DNA of 64,000 nt from Neoechinorhynchus agilis. Lineage: Eukaryota; Animalia; Acanthocephala. The stretch is taken from contig CM121341.1 in the NCBI GenBank assembly GCA_051530055.1, positions 9,030,784-9,094,783 on the forward strand, given 5' to 3'. Under the pieces are notes generated by a model. It did not search any database, had not been told where the DNA came from, and saw nothing but the letters and a program-made list of their open reading frames with translations. A program made the translations under genes and the position numbers. Below are positions 49,636 through 63,194 of this stretch, piece by piece. Every line of letters starts with the position of its first letter. Position 1 is the stretch's first letter.

Positions 49636-51421
49636 ATGGAGGACACTAACGTAGTCAAAGTGGCCATAATGGGCGACCGAGGCGTTGGCAAAACATCCAT
49701 TATCCAACAAGCACTTTATACCGAGTTCAAAGAGGAACACAACTCTACAAGTAGTGCTTGCTGCTACAATGTAACCATGTTTACCTCTGACAAACTTTTC
49801 CATGTCGTTTTAATTGATACTCCAAGATTCGAAGAAAACGATCTGGCGCCTCAAAATGATTGGGTCAAGCAATATTGCTATCGAAGATGCTCATTGTTCG
49901 TACTTGTATACGATGTTACCAAAGAAGAGTCATTCGGATATGTTAATAGAACGATTCTAAATAGAAAATTGGGAGAATTTTGAAATCGTAGTAACTTAAT
50001 TGAGATAAAATTAATCATAAGGGAATCAATTCTTTTCAAAAAAACAACAACACAAAATATGCCAAATGGATCAATGGGGTTCGATTTAATATCTAAAAAT
50101 TAACATTTATTAATTGCGAATGACGCCGTTTCTTCATGAGTGGTTTCTTTAATACTTCCTTTTCATTTAGAACCGGCTGTAAAGTGTCGCTTTTACAAAC
50201 TAAGACCGTTTCCTCCGATTATCAAATCTCTATCTTATCAATTATTAACGGTCTAAAATGGGAAAACTAAGATCTCGATGAATTCATATGTTTATTGGGT
50301 GCAAAAATTTAAAAGAATTTATTAAAAGCATAATCTCGTGTGCCTTTCTAGAAGATTGTCGCGTCTTTTCATAACAACCTTCTAGAAAGCCCCGAAAACA
50401 ATGTCGGATTCAATAAATTCCTTTAATTTATTGCACAACAAACATAAACATGTCAACGTATCTACAATTTTCGAACTATTGATTAATGGTTTTATTGGGT
50501 TGCTGAGATGATTCCTACTCTCCGGACAATAATGATATTTCGCTGGGAAAATCCAGCATTCTCATGCATTAAACCAAATAAGGAAGTTTAATTTTGGATT
50601 AATGCTCGAGAATGCTGGATTTACACGGCGAAATATCTTTATCGTCCGGAGAGTAGGAATCACCTCAGCAACACTATAATACCTCCGAGGAACCTTTTAC
50701 ATCAGATTAAATGGTTTTAATCGACGATAAAAACGGCATCTTTCCATTAAAAAGTTAAATTGATCAAGTAGGTTACGAGGTGTTTTAAAACCTCGACAAA
50801 ATACGCAATATGCATTTGTGAGAGGCGATACGAACTTAAGAATCAGTTTGTGGAATCAACGTTTTCATCGTGTTTTTAAGGACGCATTTTGATATGTGTT
50901 AGAAATGGTAAAAAGTTTTGAAAAACCCTTTTTACAGCTCCTTTAAAAAAATAGTTTTGAAAAACCCTTTTTACAGCTCCTTTAAAAAAATAGTTTTGGA
51001 AAATGTTGAAAAAAATGAATATTATAATTGTTGGTTAGCTTTATTCGATTATTTCTTTATGCCGAGACCTAAGAATCGCTCGAATAAGATGATCCACAAT
51101 GAAATTGCGAGATGCCTCGACACAAATGAGTTTCCTGTGATTATCGTTGGAAACCGTGTGGACGTTTACTTATCAAAGAAATCCGGACCGAATGCGACGA
51201 CTGTGACAGCTAATGAACCGGTACGCAAAGAGATATCCAATTTCAGTCGGAGAATCATGAAAGCAAATTACATTGAATGTTCCGCAAAATACAACTGGAA
51301 TCTAGTGAGACTTTTGAAAGAAATCGCAGGAATGCTTCAAGCATACGAAGAACAAATAGTCAAGTTGGCTAATAATCGAAGTGCGAATATGTTCAGTAAG
51401 CCACAGTGCGTGCTGATGTAA
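49636..51421 (+). CDS. Ras-family small GTPase (RASL10/DIRAS-like), two exons, C-terminal CaaX
   Basis: GDRGVGKT P-loop, IDTP, FVLVYDVT..ESF, IIVGNRVD, IECSAK, ends CVLM. Confidence 0.88.
49948..51085 (+). other. Predicted AG...AT intron (1138 nt) with TIRs and a duplicated AAT
   Basis: aat|AGAACGATTCT ... AGAATCGCTCGAAT|aag, phase 0. A weak GT-AG option (49942-51088) also keeps frame. Confidence 0.6.
50499..50672. mobile_element. MITE-like foldback nested in the Ras intron
   Basis: GTTGCTGAGATGATTCCTACTCTCCGGAC / GTCCGGAGAGTAGGAATCACCTCAGCAAC. Confidence 0.8.
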
Positions 51422-51865
51422 AACCTTTTCACTTTTGATAAGACATTGCTTTAATAAACAAAAATCAGAATTATGAAATCGAATCTGGATTATATTGGTA
51501 TAAAGAAAATCCCATCATTTATATGCACAATATCGTTCGTTTGAACATTGAATTATATTCACGTCTTTGTTTATGCGGCATAAAAATTGAAGGAATTTTA
51601 TTAAATTCGATATTTCGGCATTTTCCGCCCCATAAACAACTACAGTATCGTTTACACGAATCAGTGAAATATTGAGCACGAGTATGGTTTGAACGAACTT
51701 CATTTGCGATTCGAACAATTATAACAACTCGATTCTAGGCAAATATTCGTGAATTGTGAGATTCAGGAGCTACAAAAACAAGTAATGCTCTTCGGATCCC
51801 GAATTTGTTCTGACCGGAGCGGACAATCATTTTTTATTCGAGAAAGATAAATAAACTTTGGGCAT

Positions 51866-54800
51866 TAAGAAGTACGATAGATTGCATCAAGGCGAGAACT
51901 AAAAGAGAATAAATATGGAGAATGGCGATAATAGAGATTGGTTGTTTAATAGTATTAAAAAAAAGAGTCAAAAATCGGTTTCTACTCACATTCGCTAAGT
52001 TCATCAAACACACTGATGCTTTCGATACTACTACCGTCTTCAGACTTCTGTTTCACGGACATATTTTTCGTTTCTAACGAAGACGATATGGTGCTTGCGA
52101 TTACCTTCGATTTTTTTTGGTTATTTATAAGACAAAAAAAGCTTACTTCTGAAGAAATGTACCCTTGTTCTTCTTTTTCTTCGTCCGTATTGGAGTCTAC
52201 AAAATCGCTATAATAAAAAGGTACAGAAAATTGAGTCTTACCGGCGATCTCAACCGACGGAGAAGTAGAGCGACTTGAAACGGCCACGATATCGGGATCG
52301 ATATAAACCCTTCTTGTTTCATCTTCAATAACACGACTTACATTTGCATCGCTGATGGCAATGATGAATGAAGAGATTGTCGATCTGAGTTTCAAATAAT
52401 TTACACCATCTCTTAGGCTCAATAGTTTCTGTATGATTGCATCTTTCGCTACATAAGACAATTCACAGCCTAGAATGAACAATCGAGCGAATTCCACGAT
52501 GCGTAGAATTCTCGTTGGATCAGAAGTATGAGCAGTACAAAGTTCAAAAAGCTTAATAACGAAGTATTCTGGGTTATAATGGAAAGATGCGTGGGTTTTG
52601 AATTCATTGAAGACTGTTGTCCAGCCATTTAGACATTCTTCAAAATCCATTGGAGTAAGATCTTCATTGTCTAGTAAAAAACGTTCACAAATGTTATAAA
52701 GAGTACTTGACATGATATCAAGAGCGTTGCTTAAAACAGCTTTTAAATACATTAATAAAAAAAGATATCTTACATTTTCGTGTTTACGACAAGTAGACCG
52801 ATGAACGTTCTAACGTCATGTTGGAATCTAAAGTCATCAACGCCTCGGACGTTTATGATAAAAATTGTAGCTAATATTCGACCAGTCAGAAATTGATTAT
52901 CTTTCATTGTTCTCATACAGCAACGGCTGATTCTCTTGTTGAAGTCGCTTGGATTTCCACAAAAACCGAGCACTTTTAAGTACGATGTAATCGTCGTTGA
53001 TATAAACTCGTGAGATGCTTTACTTTCATGAGCATTCATGGGATTTTAAAGGGAGTTTTATTGACCAAGTAACTTTTATCAGTTTTATCTGCTTAGTCAT
53101 GTCGAAAAGATAATTCATTTTTATTTGTTGATAGGAGAGAATGAAATTAAGAGTTTATTGGATATTTCGATCCACTATCTCGGATCTTCTTCAGCGATTG
53201 CTTGTAAGTTTTTAAATATGTGAGTTAGAAGATCCGAGATAGTGGATCGAAATATCCAATAAACTCTTACTTTTATCAGTGTTTATCGCTTCTTTTTAAA
53301 AATAGAAACAAAGAATTTTCGAATGTACATCGATAAAACCGGAAGCAATCGGTCCGAGGATTACTTTGACAATTTCTGACAGTATCGCGACAAAATCAAC
53401 AGGAAAACAGTCGCAATTTTAAAGGTGGCACCCTCTGATCTATGTACATTTAAAAATAAAACGGAAATATAAAAATGCTCAGGAGAATTGTTTTTGTTGG
53501 AAATCAAACTGTGGCACAATGCTTCAAATGCACACATTTTTACTTCTATGGTTCCTATATTGATAATCTAAAAAATAAGATTTAAGATTGTGAACACTAC
53601 CGTCACCCACATTCTTATATATTCGATGTGCAGCGATATTGAGTCCTGTTATTTCACAGACCATACAAAGTGAAATACCAAGCTTCATTCGGTCGGCATT
53701 CTCGTAGCATTTAAGCGAATCGGAAATCTAATGAATAATGAAGATATATTAATTTAGTAGGACTTACCAAGTTCCGAATGAAATGAATGCTGAAATACTC
53801 AGAAACAATATGAATCGAAACAGTTACGAGAGCCAATTCTTTGAGAGTCGGTTTACGATTCTAATTAAAAGATTTCGTAGAAAAAAAAGAAACTGAATAA
53901 GGAAAATACCCTTAGTTCAATCAAAATGTTGCGCATAATTTGGCTATAATTGTTTGGATCTTTAGAAAGTAGCTGAGCGACGAAACCAGCATGAGAATGA
54001 TCGATGTTTTCATTTTTGATATAAGCTTGGGATATTAATCCAAAGAGCCAAGTGCTAATCGAACTAAGATTCAAAACATCAAAAAAAGAGGCATTTCAAA
54101 AACCTGTTCTGCTCATAATCAAAATGATTGGCAATTTTAAACAAAAGTTCAACGTAAAACAATTTTTCTTTTTCGTCCAAATGGAGCGTAAAAGAAGAAC
54201 TTTCGATTCCAACAAAACAATCTTTTATCCAATTTGAATCGAATAGTTGGTCAACGCTCATTAGCCTCATCTTCAATATATCAAGTATTACTTCAATAAG
54301 AAAAAGATTTGCAACGTTTTTGATAGATTTTTCTATTCCCCGGCCAAAATCAATTATTTTTGCTGAATCCGTTAATTTGTTCAGCCATTGAAAAACGCAT
54401 TGTCGAACCGTTTGTCTTTTCTCTGCGTCGAAAATATTCAAGTTTTCCATAAAAGTTGGATAATTACTTCCAAAAGACGTGCCAAACATCCATTGATTCA
54501 TGAGTTCAAAAATGAAATTTCGATCTTTCGTACTGTCATTTAATGAACGCTTTCATCACATTAAGTACTTTGCCAAGTGAAGATTTGCGTTCTTTAGAGC
54601 GAAAAACAAAACAATATCAATTTGTTTTTCGTTCAAACTTTGAAATGGAACGTGTTCTGATATGAAATCGTAAACGATAAATCGGATATGAAGTGGAGAT
54701 ACAATCTGTAATCTATAGACGACCACATCAATTAATTCTTTGTTTACGGGTAATAACTTTAATATTCGATCAATAGTGATTTTTTCCTCCGATTGTCGAA

Positions 54801-55478
54801 GACATGACAAAAGTCCTAGGTTTTCTTTATGGAGGTGAGACAAAACAAAGAATTTACCTGATGTAAGTTCTGATATATAATCGAAACCATTATGTTTCTG
54901 TAAAGATTCAATTACGCTCAAACATAGATTAACGCATTCAATGTCCGAAAACGATAGGGATGATTCTAGTGCTTTGATTGGGAATGATTCCAGGACGGAA
55001 ATGTCTTTTTCCGCCAAAAGTGAAAGCAGAGTGATTGCATGTGATTTATAAGGTGAATTTGAAAGCAATATCGTCTAAATAAAGAGAAAAAAAGGCTTAA
55101 GAAACACACATTGATTATGTTTACCTCTGAGAATTCAGCCATGACTTTTTGTATTATTTGAGGAGGAAATTGGTCTTTTGCACGACAAACAAGCAAAACA
55201 ATGGTTTCGTCCATCAATTCAGCAACGGAGCGCCTCACGTATTGACCACTAAGAACACATTTAACGATTTTCCCAATCAAGTCCGGCGATTCAGCGATTG
55301 AACAGTCTATCACCAACTGAATCGCTTGCTCAACGCATTCACTGTTACCAATCGATTTTTCCAATAGATTCAATGGTCCTTCGTCCACCATTACGATCAA
55401 ATACTCTTGGAAATATAAAAGTGGGAAATTTTGTAAAGTGTTAGTAAAAGCTGAAAGCAATCCGATGATAAAAAGCAA
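51866..55478 (-). CDS. NCAPG: Condensin I subunit G (CAP-G)-like HEAT protein, multi-exon, with several apparent 1-nt indels; ends approximate
   Basis: Segments VPFQSLNEKQIDIVLFFALK, DRMKLGISLCMVC..IINIGTIEVKMCAFEAL, SGFIDVHSKIL..NP and DVRTFIGLLVVNTK recall CAP-G in the correct order (alignment from memory). Confidence 0.6.
53149..53268. mobile_element. Perfect palindrome (42-bp arms) within an NCAPG intron; part also present at 39603-39710
   Basis: AAGAGTTTATTGGATATTTCGATCCACTATCTCGGATCTTCT and its exact reverse complement. Confidence 0.85.
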
Positions 55479-56174
55479 ACCTTTTGCCTCCTTAAAACAC
55501 TTTGATTATAGAAATAGCGAATTATAATAAAAATACTAATTTTGAAAAAAAACCTCTAAATTCCAGTGCTTCAAATAATTTTATCTTTTGTGTAAATTCG
55601 TTTTTTCGAGAGAACCTTACAGAAATAAGTTAAAAATAATTTAAATAAACACTTTCAAGCGTTTAAAAATTTCTTTCCCCATAAAATTCGAAATGTTCAA
55701 TTTCAGGAAATACCATTCTCACGGGGACGCCACTCTAAAATGCTATTTTCTCAATTTAAAAGGCGAATTAAAGAACGGAATTGTGCTTAAACAGAAACGC
55801 TACGGGATATCCGTAATCGTGTAGAACTTTTTGAAGGTCGACACAAATGTATTATAAGCCTAAGATCGAGCGATAACCTCGTGTATCCAGAAATCTACGT
55901 ATTTATCTGGGCGTCGAATACATTTGCAGTGAAATGTATAAAAAAAGATTACGGCCAATAAAAATATTAATCATCTTCAGGAATTTGCGGAAAGCGAACA
56001 CAAAAAAAGCAGAAACCGAAAAAAGCGAATCTAGGGATAATTTTATACATTAAAAGGTTTAAATTAATAAGCAAAAAAATTAATTAAATTTTAAAATCAT
56101 TCTCTAAGAGCGAAAATAATAATGCCACTTGTTTTAAACTACATTTCAATCCATACACCCAGTAGAAATTAGAA

Positions 56175-57752
56175 TTAAAAACGGATTGTTGCAATGTTCA
56201 AACTCCTTCACCATTTTCATTAACGTTGAACGATTTAATACATTGAAACTCATTTCGGAGAAATAAAACGTCAGAAAGGGAGAATCTCTTCTGAGACAAG
56301 GATTTCTCCTTTGAGCGAATTTAAGAAGAGAAACAAAATCAGAGAATAAGGCGGCGTTTTAAAATCGTTAAAACGAAAAAGTCGATAAAATCATCGTAAA
56401 ATAAATTGCAAAAATTTCCAAATAATGAGTTCAGTTAAAAACTTAAAAGAAACGAATTGTTGCAATGTTCCAACTCGTCCACCATTTTCATTAACGATGA
56501 ACGATTTAATACATTGAAACTCATTTTCGGAGAAACAAAACGTCAGAAAAAGAGAATCTCTTCTGAGACAAGGATTTCTCCTTTGAATCGATCTACAAAA
56601 TATTGGCCATCTTAAAAGGAGAAACAAAATAAGAGAATAAGGCGACGTTTTTAAACCGTTAAAACGAAAAAGTCGATAAAATCATCGTAAAATCAATTGC
56701 AAATATTTCCAAATAATGAGTTCAGTTAAAAACTTAAAAGAAACGAATTGTTGCAATGTTCCAACTCGTTTACCATTTTCAATAACGATGAACGATTTAA
56801 TACATTGAAACTCATTTCGGAGAAATAAAACGTCAGAAAAGGAGAATCTCTTCTGAGACAAAGAATTTCTCCTTTCAATCGATCTACAAAACATTGGCGA
56901 TTTTAAAAAGAGAAACAAAACCAGAGAATAAGGCGACGGTTTTCAGGCGTTAAAACGAAAAAGTCGATAAAATCATCGTAAAATCAATTGCAAATATTTC
57001 CAAACAATGAGTTCAGTTAAAAACTTAAAAGAAACGAATTGTTGCAATGCTCCAACTCGTCCACCATTTTAGTTAACGATGAACGATTTAATACATTGAA
57101 ACTCATTTTCGGAGAAATAAAACGTCAAAAAAGGAGAATCTCTTCTGAGACAAGGATTTCTCCTTTGAATCGATCTACAAAATGTTGGCCATCTTAAAAA
57201 GAGAAACAAAACAAGAGAATCAGGCGACGTTTTAAATCGTTAAAACGAAAAAGTCGATAAAATCAATTGCAAATATTTCCGAATAATGAGTTCAGTTAAA
57301 AACTTAAAAGAAAGGAATTGTTGCAATACTCCAACTCGTTTACCATTTTCATTAACGATGAACGATTTAATACATTGAAACTCATTTTCGGAGAAATAAA
57401 ACGTCAAAAAAGGAGAATCTCTTCTGAGACAACGATTTCTCCTTTGAATCGATCTACAAAACATTGGCGAATTTAAGAAGAGAAACAAAATAAGAGAATA
57501 AGGCGACGTTTTTAAATCGTTAAAACGAAAAAGTCGATAAAATCAACGTAAAATCAATTGCAAATATTTCCGAATAATGAGTTCAGTTGTAAACTTAAAA
57601 GAAACGAATTGTTGCAATGCTCCAACTCGTTTACCATTTTCATTAACGATGAACGATTTAATACATTGAAACTCATTTTCGGAGAAATAAAACGTCAGAA
57701 AAGGAGAATCTCTTCTGAGACAAAGATTTCTCCTTTGAATCGATCTACAAAA
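56175..57752. repeat. Tandem array D1, ~5.5 units of ~290 bp
   Basis: Period 291 between ORFs 56391 and 56682. Internal hairpin AAAGGAGAATCT...GATTTCTCCTTT. Confidence 0.95.
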
Positions 57753-57779
57753 AACACCCACAACTAACGCGATAGATAA

Positions 57780-59820
57780 CATCAGACGAGCTTGACAGTT
57801 TTCAAAAGCGCCAACTTTTCTATCGATATAATAACAAGTTTATTTCTTAATCTAAAAAGAATAAGACCAGTACCCTCGTTTGAGTCCCCACAAAAATACT
57901 CGATTTCCGACAGGTTAAATTAATGTTGATTATGGAGTGGATCGCGGGTTCGGTTGGGTTCGAAAGTCGGTGGTTGTTCTTGTGAGGTTCGGTTTTTCGT
58001 CCTTTTCATTTCGGTTGATGATATGGAAAAATGAAGGGGGGCGTTGTTAGAGGATGAAATGAATTGGGATTACAATTGTTTTGTTCATGTGAAAAGGGAA
58101 CGACTTTAGAGTTATTGTTTTAGAAGCACTGATGGTTGCTGCGCCGATGAAAAGTAACGAATTATTCGTCTTAATCGTTGATTTTCGCGAATAAACACAA
58201 ACTCCGATGTTTTCCCGTTGAATAACGGACAAGCTCTGCCTTCTGCATTGAATCGAGATCTCTATCCTCTCGTATCGAAGGCTATCAGAAGCTAGATTGC
58301 GTAATGTCCTTCATAGCCGATATTCCGGGGACGCCAAGTGCCTTTTCTCGGAGTCCCTCGGGGACTACTAATCTTTGCGTCCATGGAAGTATGCCACCTC
58401 GGTGGACAGTTCGTTCCTCTTTGAAGAATACGAACTGAGATGTATCGGACATGACGACGGTCATCCGCTCGATATCTTTTTATCGTACTGAGGATTGGGT
58501 CTTGTTCGGTCGCTTCGGAAACCTCGAAAGTGTATCCGCAAGCTCATTATGCTGCCCAACATATAAGACGCTGATTGATCATCGTTGATAGATTCCTGTT
58601 TTTCTCGAAGATGTATTTGAGTGGCCCGCTACATATTACCGAAATTTCCTGGTTGCGAAAATGATCGCCAGTCCTTCCTTTTCTATCTATGAGCTCTTTT
58701 CCGCTTCCTTGAGAGTTCTTGACGCGTTGAATTTTATCGCTGCCCTGAACCGTATCAATCACACTGGCTATTTCGGGTACCTCATTCCGATCATGATCTT
58801 CAATTTGATCAACATTCATCTTTATAATGTCCTATACGATTAAATTTAAAACAGAGTTTACTTCTCGCTGGACAATCACGTCCGAATCGGCCGCAACGAT
58901 CTCCAGGCGCTTAATTTATCAAATTGTCTAATTTTTTCCATCTTCACATCTAGGTTTCGCTCTTCTCCTAAAGGTAACTGAACCACAGATCTCGAAATAC
59001 TGCTTTTATCATCCCACGGTGTATCCCTGAGCAATTCAAACGTTTGACACACTTTTTTGGACTTCATTGAATGTTGGGTTATATCCATTTGTAGGATTTT
59101 ATTTCGAAGTTGTAAATGAGGTGTCTTCATTATGATGTGATCTCGGATCGTTTCGTCCATCGCTTGCATTTCGGACTTGATCTAATTGTCGAAAAATTTG
59201 CATAAGCGAGCTCTGTCTCTTAATTCCGCAATCCAGGACAAACAGTTTTGCCCGGCACCCATCTCACACTGATTGAATGCAAATCTTGCTGCCGCAAAAT
59301 GCATAGGTTGGTTAAAGTGGTTGTCCAGCAATCTAACTAGTTCGTTAAATTCATGATCCGCTATTTCTTTTTTGCCACCCAATAAAGAAACAAATCCCGA
59401 ATCTTCCCATCGTCGTGTATGAGGGAAAAACGGGTCTACCTGTTTAATTTTACTAGATTGCTTGTTGTTTTCCCCCAACGATAACAGTCTTTCCAAAAGT
59501 CTTAGTTGTTGTAATAATACGGATCGAAGTGCCTCGTCGCCACTTGTGATTTTCATATAACCGTATCTTTTTTTCCAAAAAAACATCCAACCCACCCGTC
59601 GGCCTTAAATTCCGAGCTAGATTATTTCAATGTGCAGATCGCTGACTTGAACTAGCGACTTTGAACGTTTTATCCCCTTTTCAAGCATTCTCTCTTGATT
59701 GCTGGACATGGAATCGGATTCCTTCAATTGAACTGCACACACACACAAATGTGAACGACTTAATTCTTTTATGCTGTTCATAGTTTGAAGAAAGCATGTG
59801 AATCCTTTCATTGCGTTAAA
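57780..59820 (-). pseudogene. Degraded Gypsy-type LTR retrotransposon remnant (gag plus integrase N-terminal region)
   Basis: gag-like FNELVRLLDNHF..AARFAFNQC..WIAELRDRARLCKF..IRDHII and RLVVPEGLREKAL..PGISAMK. No RT seen. Confidence 0.75.
57920..58090 (-). mobile_element. LINE 3'-end fragment inside the Gypsy remnant
   Basis: GGAGTGGAT and GATGAAATGAATTGGGATT shared with 2437 and 2592. Confidence 0.5.
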
Positions 59821-59914
59821 AAACGCTCTATACAGTACCTTTTTGCTTTTGTTTCATGTCAAACGAAATTTCATATCGTTTAAGATGAAGGCTCCATTGT
59901 CCTAAAATTGGACA

Positions 59915-60208
59915 GTGTTTCACGCGTGGACTCTAGAACAAGAAATGGCACTGTGTTCTGTTTCTGAACTCGGAGGTGAATGCAACTTTGCTTCTGTGAG
60001 TTGCGATGAGAAGCACTTAACCGCTCAGCAGTGCCGATTCCGGTACGCCAAAGGTGTTTCAGTAGCACTTGTTCTTGAAAGTACCTTTGAGACTATGATG
60101 GATGCCCGAACTCGAATGATAAGGGATCTTTTGGTACTGAAGAGACTTGAGCAGTCCATAGTGTCCATGTGGTTCAAATCTAATGGGTGGGGCGGGAGTA
60201 AACGTTAA
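59915..60208 (+). other. ORF with a degenerate Myb/SANT-like pattern
   Basis: WTLEQEMAL....G..NF.....K.LTAQQCRFRY. No ATG start at the ORF-track start, function unclear. Confidence 0.3.
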
Positions 60209-60330
60209 TGAACCTCACAACGTCTTCAACATCGCTTTTGACATCTAATCAATAACCAACAAGAGAATCGAAGGGAAAATTATGTTTCAAATTTCAAAAA
60301 AAACCCAATTGAACTTGATAGATGAAATGA

Positions 60331-60705
60331 ATGAATCCTGTTTGTGTGTCGCATGAATATGTGTTGGAAAAAGAAGTGGAGTTTCCCATCGTGAAGGTGG
60401 ATAAGGTTGCTGGCGAGCCCACTGAACGTGACGTTATCATTGAAGATTGTGTAAATCATCTAAATCAGGACATTGGTGATGTAAGGAGACGTCGAAGATG
60501 TCATTTCGGAGATCAAGATTCTTGAATTTCAATTTTTAGAATTCGATGACCAAAGTAGTGAACATTGTTCAATCGATCGTTTAAATTTCACAGATGCTAC
60601 TGCGTCTAATTTCGCTTATTTTAAGCAAATTGATGGCAAAATCGATTTGCTTAAAATGGCGACCAAAGTTCTGAAGAGGAATCCGAGTGAGCGTGAGGAT
60701 TAAGA
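60331..60705 (+). CDS. Possible small two-exon gene, unassigned
   Basis: Two protein-like open segments (60331-60525 and ~60541-60705). I could not fix a splice that joins them convincingly. Confidence 0.25.
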
Positions 60706-61206
60706 CGCACACACTTGAGTTAACAGGATATTTTTAAATTTGTTCCTGTGATCAAAAGTAAATTAAAAAACGTTTCATTGATTAAAAATTGAAGGAATAT
60801 CGTCGAGTACGAGAGGGTTTTTTTAAGTTTAATGTATAAAATCAGAGCAATGGCCGCCACCATAACGGTTATACATTTCACGTTTGGACTTCACCTCGGG
60901 AGTTTAACTTTTCGATTTCATGAAAACAAGTATGTTTAGACCCTCGACTTAACGAAATAACGAACGATTTTTTTTAAAGACTTTTTAATGATTGTCAAAA
61001 TGACGCTTTTAATTAGATACCTAGAATATTCCCACGTGGCGATGTTTTTCCACCTCGAAAACAGAAGGATATACCCCACACGCCAGACGATGAGCCAATA
61101 TTCGGTGTTATCGATCCTAATATCCTCCTATTCTGAATCTTCGGCGCTTTACAATATTCTCTCTCTCTGTTTTATATATCATCAGTATACTGTTAATCTC
61201 CATTTA

Positions 61207-62808
61207 ATGTTGAATGAAAACGGTGTTGAAAATGCAGTCGGGACTGGCAACGTCCCGCTTCCAACTGTTAACTACACTTGTGCCATAGAGAACGTTCAGA
61301 CAAGTATTTCGACAGTTCAGGTTCCGTCCAATGTCGTACCTAAGAAGGGCCGCCGAAAAAATCCATGGGGCTTCAAATCATACGCAGAAATGATTGAAGA
61401 AGCAATATTAACTAGTGCTGATAAAAGACTCCGTTTGGCGCAAATATATGATTGGATAATCAAAAACGTACCCTTTTTCAAGGATAAGACGGATAAAGTC
61501 CGAAGTAAAGCGTGGAAGGTAATTAAAATTTTGGGTTTTTAAATAGCCCCCAAAAATCAAGCTTATTTTCAGGTTAAAGAAATTTTTAAAGTGAACCTTT
61601 TCTTAGTTGACCACGTCCGATAGGTTCCTCATAGAACAGCATTCGTAAATTTTACAAAGAAATTTCGCAGCGTCAACTGTTTTGATAACTTTTCCAGTTG
61701 ATATCAAATAATTTTGGTTGTCTTCTAAAAACTCCAATTCCTGTAATGAATTTAACCGTATTTTTGGTAAAAAAATTTCGTAGTGTTTTTTTAAGGAAGA
61801 AGGAATGACTCATTAAAACCATTTTATAACCTAAGAGATATTTTCTGCAATACTCTCTTCTATCAATGATGAATCGAAGAAATCTTCAATGTTCTCCTTT
61901 CACAGAATTCAATACGGCACAATTTGTCGTTAAGAGCAATATTCAGAAGAGTCAAAAATGAAGGCTCGTCAAAGTCTTCATGGTGGATTTTGGATCGTGA
62001 AAACCAAACAAATCGAGTTCAACCAACTAGACGCAAACGATTGAAACATGGACCATCAACGAATAAGAATGGTACGCAACCACCAATAGTACCACATTAC
62101 ACTCCACAACTTGAACACTTCGTGGAAGGATCAGTACAAATGGATAACATAGTACCAAACAATCCGGCGTTCGAACCGATAGTCTTCCCACATGAAACGA
62201 ATGCGTACGATAATACAATTCCATATTCCAGAGATCAATCAATAACACAATTTTTGCCTTTCCAGCAGTGTGCAACACAGTTGATTACCGAAACAATTTC
62301 CCAGCATTGTACTAATTCTGAACAACAATTTGATTTTCCCGTTATGATCAATCGAAATCCAATTGAAATGATGAATTATCCACATCGAAACCTTGCTACG
62401 GTCCAACCACCGATTCCAACAATTCCGGGTGGATCAGGGCACGAAAACCCTTATTTGTTTAAGCAAAACAACGCTGCTCAGCAATACGGAATGCCGGGAA
62501 ATACATCCATGCTGCAAACCATTCAAGATCACTATCCAACCTATAGAAGACCGCGAGTTGAACAGAATTTATTTCCATTCTATCAAGATTACACAACTAT
62601 GGAACAGTGCAACGAGAACCCAAATGCTCAGTTCAATGGTTACGATCAAATAGTGAACTATGGAACGGAATTTAATTTCGACCATTGTGATAATTTTACC
62701 AATTACTATGAACCACAATGGATGGAACAAAATGCTTCATTAGGAAGGCCTTCTTCGCTCGATGAATTCTACGGTTCAAGTGAAGGTAAAAAACGAAAAA
62801 TGAACTAA
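61207..62808 (+). CDS. FOXO: Forkhead box O transcription factor, 2 exons (intron 61519-61905, GT-AG)
   Basis: RKNPWGFKSYAEMIEEAI..KRLRLAQIYDW..KAWK|NSIRHNLSL..VKNEGSSKSSWW. Start codon uncertain. Confidence 0.93.
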
Positions 62809-63194
62809 AAGAAGACTTCGCAAAGTACTAATATTAGTAGAACATCGATTAAAAATAATTTAGCTATTTCTACGGACTCAAAGATCACAGAGGAAGATAA
62901 TTTTCGTTAATGATTTGCATGCTAAAAACACGGTTTTAAATTTGTATCTGCATGATCCACTCATTGATATAGAAATTATCAAGCAAGTTCATGGCATAAC
63001 GACACGTGACTTTGTGGGCTTTTTAAATAATAGTTAAAGTTTCCTAAAAAACACGGTGAACAATTTAAGAATTTCGGAATATTTTTGACGCATAAAACAG
63101 AGCTTCTATTCTTCGCAGGTATGTAACACAAAAACCATCCACAATTAACTCGCTATATTATTTCAATTTCCAGATCGCTGCTCGGCGCGACACA

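Noticed and set aside
50918-51085. Repeated N-terminus MKNPFYSSFKKIVL of ORF 50918
   Set aside because: It is intronic sequence with a 39-bp duplication. Ras homology resumes only at ~51086.
18560-55478. Genome-wide TGA recoding suggested by in-frame TGAs (29435, 38822, 54553-54558, 36168, array A)
   Set aside because: Thousands of dynein, TPS and LCMT1 codons contain TGG for Trp but no internal TGA. Each case has a splice or indel explanation.
56175-57782. Minus-strand ORFs in array D, or array D as tandem LTRs
   Set aside because: Some units have a TAA in that frame. No TG...CA ends or adjacent polypurine tract were found on the element strand.
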